Origin: Eledone cirrhosa
Taxonomy: Eukaryota
Length of the DNA: 64,000 nt
Assembly (NCBI GenBank): GCA_964016885.1
Contig: OZ024742.1
Location: 354,888,001-354,952,000, forward strand
Direction: 5' to 3'
The notes beneath the pieces are model-generated. The model searched no databases. It was not told the DNA's origin and worked only from the letters and a program-made list of their open reading frames with translations. Of this stretch, positions 49,550 through 62,384 are shown in pieces. The position numbers and the translations under genes are program-made. How positions within the stretch are numbered: position 1 is the stretch's first letter; each line of letters starts with the position of its first letter.

Positions 49550-52343
49550 GCTGAAGGAATAAGGGTGGGGAGTTCAGGCCGGGGGGAGTGTGGGTCTGTA
49601 AGATGAAGACAGTACGTTGTTCGACCGTAAGGCGATGGGCGGGTGTTCCGTGGCACTGGAGTAGGCCACAGACTGTGAGATGGCGTGCGGAGTGTCCAGG
49701 GCCACCAAAGTGGCGGGCGATGGGGGAACTGCCCCCGAGACGAATGTCCCGGAGGTGCTCCGTGACTCGGTCCGCCAGGCGACGTCCCGTCCGTCCAACA
49801 TAAGTCGCGCTGCACTCCGTGCAACGAAGCCCGTAGACTAGGTTGGAGGAGGTGCAGCGGAAGGTATGCCGGACCGAGAGAGGGTGGCCGTTGGGACCCT
49901 GGAAGGTGGTGGTGTTGGTGATGTGGGGACAGGTGTTGCAGCGGGGCCTAGAACAGGGGAAGGAACCGGGGGGGAAACGGAGCGTGGGTTGGGGGGTAGG
50001 GAGCTGTAGACGAGGAGGGTGCGGAGATTGCGTGCGCGTTTGAAGGAGGGGAGAGGTGGGGTTGGTAAGATGTGGGAGGTGGAGGGGTCGGACTGGAGGC
50101 GTCGGAAGAGGCGGCGGATGGTGCGGTGGAGGGGTAAGGTTGAGGGGTGGTAGGTGATGGGGAAGGGGAGACGATGGGTGGGTCTGCGGTCGCATGGGGT
50201 GAGGGTGGTGGAGCGGGGGATAGCACGGGCGCGGGTGAGAGCGGTGTGGACGAGAGAGGGGGGGGGTAACCTCTGCGGATGAAATGGCTGACTAGGGAAA
50301 GGGCCTGGGACTCGAAGTCAGCATCTCGGCTACAGAGGCGGCGGATACTGACAAGTTGGGAGTAGGGAAACGAGAGTTTAGTGTGTGTGGGGTGGGAAGA
50401 GGTGAAGTCGAGGTAAGAGTGGGAGTCGGTGTGGTTTGAAGAAGGCGGAGGTGACGAGGGAGTGGTGGGAGGGGTCGAAGGCGACGGAGATGTCCAAGAA
50501 GTTGACGTGGGTGGTGGAGATAGAGGTGGTGAAGTGGAGGGAGGGGTGGAAGGAGCAGAAGAAGGAGAGAAAGGAGTCGAGCTGTACTCGGGTGAGGATC
50601 ATGGCTCCGATACAGTCGTCAATGTAACGACCGTACAGTTCGGGCGTGGGGCCGGTGTACTGGGCAAATATTTGGGCCTCAACATGGCCAACAAAAAATT
50701 GGCATAGTTCGGGCCCATTCGTGTGACCATGGCTACCCCCGTGACCTGTTGGTAAAACTCTCCCGAGAAGGAGAAACAATTTAGGGTGAGGACCAGCTCG
50801 GCGAGGCGAAGGAGGGTGGGGGTGACTGGCATGGTCGAGGGGCAAAGGTCGAGGTAGTGTTTGAGGGCGCGAAGGCCGTCGGCGTGGGGGATGACGGTAT
50901 AGAGGGACTTGATGTCTAGGGTGAAGAGGAATGGCTGAGGGCCGGGTAGGTAGGTGAAGGAGTCGAAAAGGCGTAGGGCGTGGTTGGTGTCAGAGATGTG
51001 GGAGGGGAGGGTGGTGACAAGGGGGGCGAGGAGGGCGTCGAGAAAGGCGGAGATGAGTTCGTTGGGGCAGTTGCAAGCGGAGACGATGGGGCGGCCGGGG
51101 TTGTCGGGTTTGTGGAGTTTGGGGAGGAAGTAGATGGTGGAGGTGCGGGGGGTGCGGACGATGAGGTGGGAAGCGGTGGGGGGAGGAGGGAGGAGGCGAT
51201 AAGGTCTTTGATGGTGGAGGAGACTTGTTGTTGGTAGAGGGGGGTGGGATCGGAGGGTAGAGGGCGGTAAAAGAGGGGATTACAGAGCTGCCTGAGGGCT
51301 TCGGCCGTGTAGAGGTCCGTGCGCCATACCACCACGGCGCCTCCCTTGTCCGCCGGTTTGATGACGATGTCATCTCGGCTACGGAGGGAGCGGAGAGCGA
51401 GGTGTTCGCCCCGTGAGATATTGTGCCGTTTGGAACGGTGGCGGAAGTCGAAACGATTTACTGCGCTACGGCTGGCATCGACGAAGGCGTCCAGGGTGCT
51501 AAATTGCTCTGGGGCCGGCGTCCAAGATGATGGTCGTCGGCCCAGGGCGAGAAACGGGTCTGGGGCGTCCGGAGCCGGTGGCGTTCGGCTGAAATGTGCC
51601 TGTAGCTTAGTGCGTCGCACGAATCGCTCGACTTCCGTTCGGGTTCGGGACTCGTCGCTGAGCGGAGTGTGGGGTATGAAGCGAAGGCCTCTACTAAGGA
51701 GTGAGCGCTCAGGTGCGGAGAGGGGGAGGTCAGGGGGTATGGTGACAACAAGGGGTGGGGTTTGGGTGTTTGGGGACGGAAGGGAGGGTGTGGTGAGGGG
51801 TGGAGATTGGGTGGGGATGGGGGTCGGGGGAGAGTTGGGGAGTGGTGGGCGTATGGGGGTGGGCGGGTGGTGGTGGATGAGGGGGGAGTGAGTGTAGCTT
51901 GCGGGCTTTGGTGGAGCTGAGGAACGAGAAGAGGTTGTGGTTGAGGTTGTGGATGAAGGAGAGGATGGCTTGGGCGAGGAGGGGGTGACAGGTGGAGTAA
52001 AGGCGGAGGAGGGTGGGGGTCAGTTGGTGGTCAAGTAGGCGGAGGGTGGAACGGGAGGCGCGGATGGAGTTGCGCATCAGAAGGCGTGTGGATCGGGTGA
52101 GGATACGTTGCGCGGAGGGGGAAGCAGCGGGGGAGGGGTGGAAGTGTAGACGGAAGCCAAGGGGGATAAGGTGGTGGCGGAGGCAGTGGCTGAGGAAATG
52201 GATGTGGCTGGAGTGCCGGGTTTTGGCGAAGAGAAGGTAGGAGAGTTGAAGGGCGGAGGGGAGATAGCAGGGTGGAAGGAGGGGGTGAGGAAAAGTTTGA
52301 GGCGATTGTGGAGTTGGTGGAGAAAGGATCTCAGGTTGGCCAT
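49550..52343 (-). pseudogene. Frameshifted PLE polyprotein ORF (RT + GIY-YIG)
   Basis: MANLRSFLHQL; SHIHFLSHCLRHHLIPLGF; IKPADKGGAVVVW; FLPKLHK..PGRPIVS; TLDIKSLYT; QQVTGVAM.TRMGPNYAN; RYIDD; CSRPRCNTC; LVYGLRCTECSATYVGRTGRRL. Spread over several frames. Confidence 0.92.
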
Positions 52344-52504
52344 GATGGGCGTTGGGTGAAAGCAGGGTGAGGGATGAGAGGGCGGGGGTGTGAAGCGGGT
52401 GGAGTGAACGAAGGGGTGAGTGCGAAGGATAGGCAGAGACGGGGAAGGGAAAAAGAAACAGAAACACGTAGGGAGGGGGGAGTAAACACCGGAAAATTAA
52501 AGAC

Positions 52505-52652
52505 AAAAAATCATAAAGGTAATAACACAGGCGATCGTGAACAAAAAAATCACAGACATATCATAAAGGTAATGACACAGGCGATCGTGAACAAAAAAAT
52601 CACAGAAATATCATAAAGGTAATGACACAGGCGATCGTGAACAAAAAATCAT
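52505..52652. repeat. ~50-nt tandem repeat (x3) in the PLE 5' leader
   Basis: atcataaaggtaat(a/g)acacaggcgatcgtgaacaaaaaa occurs three times. Confidence 0.92.
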
Positions 52653-54619
52653 AGAAATACGATTGTAAGAACACAGGCAAAGAATCATATACGGAAAAAA
52701 AGGCGTACGGTAACAAAATCAAACAGAGGTAATGCGTGGAAGGAAAGACGAAGTGTGGGAAGGTGTGTAAAGTTCGGAGAAAAGTCACGGCGGATTAGAT
52801 CGGGGTTGAGCCGGTTGTTAAGTTAAGTTCCAAGGATGGAGGCCGTGTGAGCGTGTGTTATGTATAATGAAAAATTGAACAGGGACAGAACAGAGAGGCA
52901 GTACGATAAATGTTTATTAAATTCACGCTCAGGAGAGTGGGGGGGTAGGGGGGGGGACGTTTCGGGCATAATCCCTTCTTCAGGTGAGAGTTCTAAAGAT
53001 GTGTAGGTGAGTGGTGGAGAGACATGTAGCGAAAGGAAACGGTGCGAATGAAAAATTAACAAATAAAGACAAAAATATAATAAATAATAAATAAAAATAA
53101 AGCATGATCAAAATACAAGGAATGAGAAAATTTAAAAATAAAGGCATGATCAAAATAAACTGAAATTAAAAGGGGGGTAAACAGGTGGTGGAAGGGTGTG
53201 GGGTGAGTAGAGGTGGTGCCGGGTGGAGTGGGGAGAGGGAGACAGGGTGTCATGTGGGGAGGGCTGAAGGTGGTGTGTGTGGTTAGGTGTGCGTGTGCGT
53301 GTGTGTGTATGTGAAAGTGAGGGTTGGGGGAAGAACAGGGTTGCATGTTCAGGAAGGTGTGTGTGGGGGGTGTTTTTGTGGGTCGGAGGGTCTGTGCGTG
53401 TGTGGATAGGGGGTGGGGGGAGAGGAATCAGGGGGCTGAGGGTGTAAATATGTGGTGGGAAGCACGTGTGTGTGGTTTAAGCGTGTTGGGGTGTAGGTGG
53501 CGTGTGGATAAAAAAAATTTGTTTGGGGTGTGTGTGTGTGGGTGAGTTATATAGGTGATGGTGTAAGAGGGTGGTTGAAAGTGGTAAGTTATACGGATGT
53601 ATGGAGATTTTGGTTGGAAGTCAAAACGCGTGTGGGTAATCCAAGAAGCGGTGGTCGGGAGAGGAGAGATGTGGGGTGCGCGCGCAACAGGAAGTGGTCA
53701 GCAGTGGAAGTGCTGTGGTCAGTTGGTGCTGAGTCAGTGGTCGGAAGGGCATAGCAGCAGTCGGCGGAATGTTAGGGAGGCGAGGATGGGTAGGTGTGAG
53801 AGTTGGAGTGAGGAGGGTGTGTGTGTGTGTGTGTGTGTATTAGTAGGGGTGTTAGTGGGATGAGTGAGTGTGGAGCGGGGAGAGAAGGGTGTGTGTGGTT
53901 CTATGGAGGGAGTGTGGTGTACTGGTGTGTGTGTAGTTTGGTGAAGAGGTGTTAGTGGGTGTTAGTATACGGGAGGTGGGGAGGGGTGGAATGCAGGTGT
54001 GAGTGGGGGTTAGTGGGGGTAGGGTGTGTAGAGTTGGTGGTGTACGAGGGTGTGTGGGTACGTGTGCGTGGGGTTGGAGGGTGTTAGTGATGTTAGTTGC
54101 GTGTGGGGTGGGTGGTGTAAGTGGGTGCGAGTGATAAGGAGGGGGGAGGAGGAGAAGAGGGGAGGGAAGGGATGTTAGTCTGTTAGTTGGGGAAGGGTGG
54201 TCAGATGAGGGGTGGAGTGGAGGTGTTAGTATGGTTAGTGTGGGGTGGGCGGTGAAAAGGAGGGGTGTGTTAGTGGTGTTAGTGGGGAATAAGTGTGGGG
54301 GAGGGGGCGGTCGAACGCTAAAGGAATAAGGGTAGGGAGTTCAGGCCGGGGGGAGTGTGGGTCTGTAAGATGAAGATAGTACGTTGTTCGACCGTAAGGC
54401 GATGGGCGGGTGTTCCGTGGCACTGGAGTAGGCCACAGACTGTGTGATGGCGGGCGGAGTGTCCAGGGCCACCAAAGTGGCGGGCGATGGGGGAACTGCC
54501 TCCGGGATAAATGATATTAATAAAAGGAAACTATATTTATAAAACCATATTTATTATTTTATATATAGTTCAAGGGTATTGGTGCTTCTATAACTCTCTC
54601 GGCAGAAGCGAAGGGATAT

Positions 54620-54664
54620 GTAATTTGACAACCGCTCATGAGCGGGGAAACGGCCGTCGATTAC
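54620..54664 (+). ncRNA. Hammerhead-like motif (U3-A8 type, one-nt register deviation)
   Basis: GTAAT-TTGACAA-CCGCTC AT GAGCGG-G-GAAAC GGCC GTC-GATTAC. Confidence 0.6.
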
Positions 54665-54791
54665 TTCACTTTGCGTTTTAAGAGTCCAAGTAAGTGACGC
54701 AATCACTACTTTAAAATTCATAGCGAATCATTTTCAAATTGAATTTAAATAAATATACAGTATATTATGAAATATACTATACGTACATTCA

Positions 54792-54822
<31 letters not shown>

Positions 54823-54824
54823 GC

Positions 54825-56123
54825 AGGAGGGCCACGCACTAACCATGACCCACCATAACACTAACCACATCTGCTCCGTATCACCATTGCCCATCTCAAC
54901 GAATTTTAATTCTAATCTTACTTTACTTTATCTTATTTTATTGTATTGCATTTAACCATACGTAAGCCCGTATTTTGTATATCATGCCGCATACATAACC
55001 CACACCAAAAATCACATTAACCATGACACACCGCATTAATAACCGTCTCACCATCGCCCATCTCAATGAACTTATTGTATTATACTCCATGTAACCATTT
55101 CTAAGCCCGCATTTGTATATCATGCCGCACACATCACCATCACCACCACCAAAATTCACATCATCATACACACCTCGTCGTTGCAACATCGTATTAAATC
55201 GGTATCCTATGATACGTTTTACCTTGCAATCCACAATGACAAGGGACCTTGTAAATACAATGTCGATCATATCACACCATCGCCACCACCACCACACCAC
55301 CCATCGGCATATGTCTACCATACACACCTACAACCTCCTCCCCCCATGTTCCCTCTGTCTACACTAACCTACAACCCCACGCTAAATTCGACCCTGTAAC
55401 TGTACTGTCGCACGCACACACAACCACAGCCACCACTAGATACATCCATATACTTCAACAAACATTATCATTAACATCATCAACACATATCATCCCTCGC
55501 TCCCAGATCGATTGTATTATATATCCCCACTCCCCGTCTGCCTTACCCTATAACACACCGTAACCTCTGATCATGTAATCATCTTCTCGAACATATCACC
55601 CCCGCACCACCACCATCACCATGTCCACAACACACATCGCCGTACGTCCATAAACGCTTCTCCCCCGCGTTCCCTATGTCACCTTTTAACCAGTATTCGA
55701 TCCGGTATATATATTTTTGTCCCTCACAACTCCACCACCACCACCACAAAACACAACTCCATACTACATCAACACCGACAACACATACCTCCACTCCCCA
55801 ACCAACAATAGAGTGTGTGTGTCTGTGTGTAAGTATTTTTACACATACGGGAGTATAAGTGTGCGTGCGTGTACGCATATTTATATGTATGTGTGTGTAT
55901 GTAAACACATGTGTATACATATATGTATGTGTGTGTATATATATATATCTGTATATATATGTGAATGTGTATGCGTATGTGTATGTGTGTGTGTATATGT
56001 ATGTGTAAGTATGTGTGTGTACGTCTACATATATGTATATGGGTGAATCTGACTGTACGTGTAGGTGAGCTTATATATGTGCATGTATGTGTATATGTGC
56101 GTGTATGTGTGTGTTGTATGTAC

Positions 56124-56155
<32 letters not shown>

Positions 56156-57290
56156 GTGTGAGTATACGTGTGTGTGAGTGTGTATGTGTATATTTTGTAT
56201 ACGTGAGTTTGAGTCCCTGTGCCCATACCCATATGTGTGTATGGGTATATGTATGTGTATGTATATATGTAAAACACCTTCTACATTGCCTCTCACCTTC
56301 CCCTCATCTCTGTCGTTCGCCACCCCCACCGATACTCCCCCAATCTCCATATTCGTGTCTGCATGCGCGCATGCACATACAAGTGTGTACATATACATAT
56401 GGCTGTGTATGAGAGTGTGTCGATATGTGTGGGCAAGGATGAGCGTATGTTTTTTGTGCTGTGTGTGTTTATACAACAATATTGGATTGGCAGTATCGGG
56501 AGAGGGTCGGACGCCATGCTTTCCAGCATAGTTACGTCCCTTTACGATCTGAGTTGAAATCCCGCCGAGGTTGACTTTGCCTTTCATCCTTACGGGGTCG
56601 ATAAAATAAAGTACCAGTAATGAACTGGAAAATTGCTGGCCTTGTGCTTAAAGTAGAAACAATATATGTGCACATATATACATATATGTGTGCGTATACG
56701 TATATACAAAGTATCTGTCAGACGAAGAGCGTCTAGCTATGTGTCTATGTAAGGACCTGGATGCCACCAATACATCCACTACACCACCACAAACGCCGCT
56801 ATCACACCGACGGCACCACTACCACACCCCCACACACACGCCAACCCGTCTACTGAAAATCCACTAACCTCATACCACAGCCCATCCCACTAAGCAACCA
56901 TAACCACCACCATATCATCACATCCTCCCCCACATCTCTACACGCCAAGGCCAACCCACCACCACCACACCGCAGCCCATCTCATCCACGGACCGTCACC
57001 AATATCTCACCATCACACCCACCTCCATATACACTACAGGCCAGTACATCGCCTTGATCCTTCCCACCAATCAAAACATCTCTTTTTGTCAAACTCTTGA
57101 AACTCTGACTTTACCACATAGCATGTATTTCATTTTCTTATAGCATTTCAAGAGGGTCCGTCGAGCTGCCGATTATTGAGTCGGGTAGGATCGACATAGA
57201 TCTAACCTTGAGCTGATCAGTGGCGAAACGCGGGTCACCTATCAATAAATGCAATGAAGGAATAATCAATCGTCTTTTTTATCCTTTCTC
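54825..57290 (+). repeat. C/A-rich low-complexity tract with degenerate tandem units, possibly a PLE 3' UTR/pLTR
   Basis: Repeated gcccg.atttgtat.atcatgccgca and cacc.t.gcccatctcaa.gaa motifs; ends GAAACGCGGGTC..aataaa before (TC)(TA)n. Confidence 0.45.
56480..56663 (+). mobile_element. tRNA-derived SINE
   Basis: ggattggcagtatcgg..gtcggacg...gagttgaaatcccgccgaggttgactttgcctttcatccttacggggtcgataaaataaagtacc. Confidence 0.88.
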
Positions 57291-57309
57291 TCTCTCTCTA
57301 TATATATAT

Positions 57310-57682
57310 ATAAATGTAAGTATGTATGTATACGTACATACATATATGTATACAGACGTACAGTACTATGTATATATATACATACATGCACACATATATA
57401 TATGCACATATCGTTCCTGTGTCAGTGGTGAACAAAAAGGTGACGTGGTTGCGTAAACACTGCACGGCGTAATTCAGGCTGTTTGTTTGTTTACAAACAA
57501 ACAAACCGAGCATTATAATAAATGTTCGGCAAACCGATATATATGTATGCATGTATGTATATATACACATGCTACTGTACGTCTGTATACATATATGTAT
57601 GTACGTATACATACATACATACTTACATTTAAATAAGTGCCGTACTAAGAGTGAGAAATGAAATTTCGTTTCATTCTATTCC

Positions 57683-57686
<4 letters not shown>
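57310..57686. mobile_element. Partial, internally inverted copy of the 24565 retrozyme-like family (no HHR core retained)
   Basis: gtgccgtactaagagtgagaaatgaaatttcgtttcatt and gagcattataataaatgttcgg are shared with 24565-26125; 57312-57408 is inverted relative to 57540-57631. Confidence 0.8.
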
Positions 57687-57749
<63 letters not shown>

Positions 57750-57805
57750 GATAGATAGAGAAATACAGAGAGGCAGAGCTGTACAATACCGACTGTGGAG
57801 CCAAG

Positions 57806-57845
57806 CTGAAGACACAGGAAGGCACTGCTCGAAACCGCAGTCGCC
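57806..57845 (+). ncRNA. Hammerhead-like core
   Basis: CTGAAGA-CACAGGAAGGCACTGCTC-GAAAC CGCA GTC; weak stems. Confidence 0.45.
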
Positions 57846-58094
57846 AGTTTACATATATTTATACCCACTTTCAAATCCCCAGGCACTGAAGAGTGCTCTG
57901 ATTAGTGGTCACCTTGTATCAGAAACGAACACACACACCCTCTCTTTCTCTCTCCCTTTCACATTATACACCCATACATATCCCCCCGCCTATATATATA
58001 TATATATATCACGATAAATTAACGGAGCCATAGACTCTCGCTATTCTCTGTCAATAATGTGTTCAAAGAAAAGGAATCTTCAACTCTTTGAAAT

Positions 58095-58686
58095 ACAATA
58101 TGTTGAAAAGGTAACACACCAGAGAAACATAGTGTGCCATCAATAAAACATGGAAAAATCACCAGTGTATGGAATCTATAACCTATAAAAGGCAGGGTAA
58201 ACACACAATAATTAAAAAATATAAATTAAAATGTATATACGCACCCCTATAACTATATAACCCACGCGTACAAATCCAAAGAGATCTGTTTCACCAGGAA
58301 GTTGTTGACTGAAATGGAATAGCCTATGATTCATCAGCGCGTGCAAGGCTATACGCGGGAGAGAGATGTCGACAGCTCTCTCCCGTATGTAGATGGACAT
58401 TCCCTTTAGATTCTCTTAGAGTTGTCTGAAATGTATAGCCTTGCACGCGCTGATGAACTATAGGCTATTCCATTTCAGTCAACAATTTCCTGTCGAAACA
58501 TATCTCATTGGATTTGTACGCGTGTGTTTTATAGTTATAGAGGTGCGTATATACAATTTAATTTATATTTTTAATTATTGTGTCTCCTGCCTTTCATATT
58601 TTATAGATTCCATACGCTGGTGGTGTTTCCCTGTTTTATTGATGGCGCACTATCTCTCTCTAGTGTGTTACCTTTTCAACATATTG

Positions 58687-58688
<2 letters not shown>
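58095..58688. repeat. Inverted repeat (~255-nt arms) with a hammerhead-like core in each arm
   Basis: 58095-58354 is the reverse complement of 58433-58688; CTGATGA at 58450 and GAAAC at 58495. Confidence 0.82.
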
Positions 58689-58726
<38 letters not shown>

Positions 58727-59521
58727 CGCACAACGTACAGTATTGTCGATAATGAATACTAATTGCAAGGTTAGTTTAAAATAAACAATCATTTAACCTT
58801 ATAAATTCAGCGCAATGCTATTAAAATAATCTGAAGAAAGCAGAGGATAACAAGAGAAAAATGTTTCGATATATATATATGTCCTCGTTTTTTTAGACCT
58901 CAAAAACAAAATAATATCCTGTTCATGGGGAACTTATTTTCCATGACACGATACATTGTCGGTAACATATTAATTATACGCTTAAAACGATTCACAACGT
59001 TCATAAAATAGAAAAATTACACCATATGTTTATTTCACTCTGGGATTAGAAACTTTATGGTAAAACTTTCATTGCAGAACAAATCCCATCTTCCTTACAA
59101 GAGCAGATTATTAATGTAATGATATTTATAATGTATCTATACTGTGACATAGGCGAAAACACTCGTCATAGATTCATAAGGACATGTTTATGGTTATTTC
59201 AGTATATGAGGACGATAAACCTTTCATTAGAAGCTTTACTTGTTAATAGCTGCCCCGTTGTATTTTCTTTGTCGAAATGTGTCCCTATATCTATTCATTT
59301 TCCACTATTCTTATTATATTGTACTTTGTCTCACATATGAATGTCTGATTAAAAGGCAAGCCTGAAGGGTAAAATGACTCAGTTTTTAGCCGTGATGAAA
59401 TGAATATTAAAACTCTACTTCGGCATATAGTACACTTTTTGCCGCCAATCAAACAGATACACACACACAGCAAACACAAACACACACACAGACACACACA
59501 CACACACGCACACACACACAC

Positions 59522-59599
<78 letters not shown>

Positions 59600-59841
59600 T
59601 GTTTCTGTAATTATTCAGGCAAGATGTAGAAACGGATGTGTTAACTTGGGTGAAAATTAAAGGGAAATAGAATGAACTATAGATAATGTTAACTTTGAAA
59701 TATTATTTAGTCCCTATATTTCGGATGTATTATTAATTCCCAAGGAAGTTCGAATTCTCTGTCTCCGTGTGGTTAGCTCGAAGACACACGCACACCCAAA
59801 CACAGAAACACACAGAGACTTCCTCACACGCACACGTACGT

Positions 59842-60009
<168 letters not shown>

Positions 60010-60623
60010 GGAAAATGTATGACCCGACGGCACAGCTCAAGCTGTTTCGACGGCTATTTCAGTCCACAAATGTATGGGGTCATACATTTTCCTATTACCC
60101 ACTCTACTACTCTAAGTATTGAGTACTTTGATGCGTTATCGTCCATATGGTTGCTTACCTCAACTCCTTAGTTATATATATATATATATGTGTGTGTGTG
60201 TGCATATATAACAAACGGTCACCATTATATTTTGCAAATATTCAAAAGAAACTACAATCGTCATCTCCTCTCTGCTTTGTTTAGTTTCTTTCTGTTTTGT
60301 CATTTCTCCATTTGAATACCTGTTTCGTTCAATAGGTTTTACTGCCTTGCTTGTGCAAGTAAAATATATACATACATAAAACACTCCACATGTAAATACG
60401 TATATAAATACATACATACATACATATATACATACAGTATATAAATATATATATATATATATATATAGGAACAAGTATGACCCGACGGCAGAGCTCAAAC
60501 CGTTTCAACGGCTAATTCTGAACTGCCGCCAATCAAACAGATACACACACACAACACACACAAACACACACGCACGCACACACATACACACACACACACA
60601 CACACATACACACAGACACACAG

Positions 60624-60654
<31 letters not shown>

Positions 60655-60844
60655 CGTAGGTCCCGGGTTGAGTCGGGGATAACCACAGTAAGTAAGGTAC
60701 TCAATACATGGCAAAGTAAAAAAAAAAATGATTTTATAGAAGGAGCTTCTACAGGACTAGTACTGTTTCATTCAGATGAAATCTTCCTGAAGATTTCATC
60801 TGAATGAAACAGTACTAGTCCTGTAGAATCTCCTTCTATAAAAT

Positions 60845-60881
<37 letters not shown>

Positions 60882-61420
60882 AAAATAGGGAGAAGAATAC
60901 TGCAGGTTGCACATGGATAACATGTTATAAAATGAGTCCCTCATCAGTGATTTGCCAACGATCATAGATATTTCATTGCATTAAAAATCATATACCTCAC
61001 GTTTGTACCATAATAACTAAATTAAGTTATTAGGACAATTAAAACGCGTAAAGCGAGTGAGACAAGTAAACAACAAAGATAAAAGCTAACCGTAGATAGG
61101 AAGAGGCACAAGCTACATAGTTATTCTATCAGCATAAGCTGGGTGAATATATGAGCGCGTAGAAAATAGACCTTTCGAGATGAATCCAATGTAAGAAAGA
61201 AGGAAATTGTTTTCCAATGTAAGAAAGAAGGAAATTGTTTTCGTTACTTTGGTATGTTATGTGTTAGATTTTGCCTACCACAATGTTCAATTTGTCAAGT
61301 TATTTAAACGTATTTTATTACTCTAAGGACCTACCTTGTCGAGTGCTTTGCTAAGTCATTCATATAGAGGCCGAATTTGCGTGCACACCGCCAGAGATTC
61401 GATTTCACTAAGTATCAAAT

Positions 61421-61455
<35 letters not shown>

Positions 61456-62256
61456 TTTGTTCCTTACCAAATTTCCTTCGTTATATATATATATAGAGAG
61501 AGAGAGAGATTCCTGATGATTTCTAAAGAATGAAACAGTTCTAGTCCAGTAGAATCTCATCTATATATATTTATATATTTTAAAAAAATTGATGTAATTC
61601 ATGTCATGAAATCAACGTGCATTTTCCTTACAGGAGTAAGGGAACATTTTTAGAATAAGGAAATACAAATTTAGACGATAAAGCCCTTTATTGATAAGGC
61701 AGTTATACATGTTTCAAGGACGACATTGATTATGCAATACAGCGAAGAAATTAGTGCCATACTCTCTTCAGACAGCGTCTTACATAATAAAGTTACCGTC
61801 AAGGAGGTAATCCAAAATTGAAGTGACAAAGGGATTGGATAAACAGCGGTGTTCATTAATCAAATTTCCGTTCCCGTGTGAAGTTCAATTCATGCCAACA
61901 GGTCTGCGCAAGCGTAAAGGTAGGGTATATATAGCTTGTTACTAATGTAAATTATACAGCGATGATCATCCCCTCCTCGCTTATAGTAGCATAGTGGCAG
62001 TCAGCCAATCCCGAATCCAGCCGATATTGTGCTCGCCGAAGGACAGAATGCTGTGGTAAAGTGATATTATGAGTTATATTTGCGTTAATACTACCCACTT
62101 ATCTGCCTAATTTGGGGTCAATATATAATGGTATCCTAATGAAGGTAAATAGGCAAAATTAACAGTTATTAATTGTAGCAAATTAAAGAATACAAGGTAT
62201 ATAATGTGATAACTTAGACAAAAACTAGTAAATATAATCCTCCATCGAATGAATTA

Positions 62257-62311
<55 letters not shown>

Positions 62312-62326
62312 TACACACACACACAC

Positions 62327-62380
<54 letters not shown>

Positions 62381-62384
<4 letters not shown>

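Larger units (their letters stand above)
48085..54505 (-). mobile_element. Near full-length C-rich Neptune-type PLE with partial-tandem pLTRs (48085-49735 vs 52863-54503)
   Basis: ~1.65-kb direct repeat that includes the ORF 3' end and an HHR; single RT-EN ORF between the repeats; 3' end abuts (TA)n. Confidence 0.95.

Noticed and set aside
49283-52616. Plus-strand Gly/Glu/Arg-rich ORFs overlapping the Neptune element
   Set aside because: Antisense shadows of the C-rich PLE ORF with no recognisable motifs.
52505-52652. CRISPR-like repeat/spacer appearance
   Set aside because: The short spacers are near-identical, the context is a eukaryotic retroelement leader and there are no cas genes.
48085-54505. 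LTR retrotransposon (long direct repeats)
   Set aside because: The repeats include the ORF 3' end, and there is no gag, protease, integrase, PBS or TG..CA; RT + GIY-YIG indicates PLE pseudo-LTRs.
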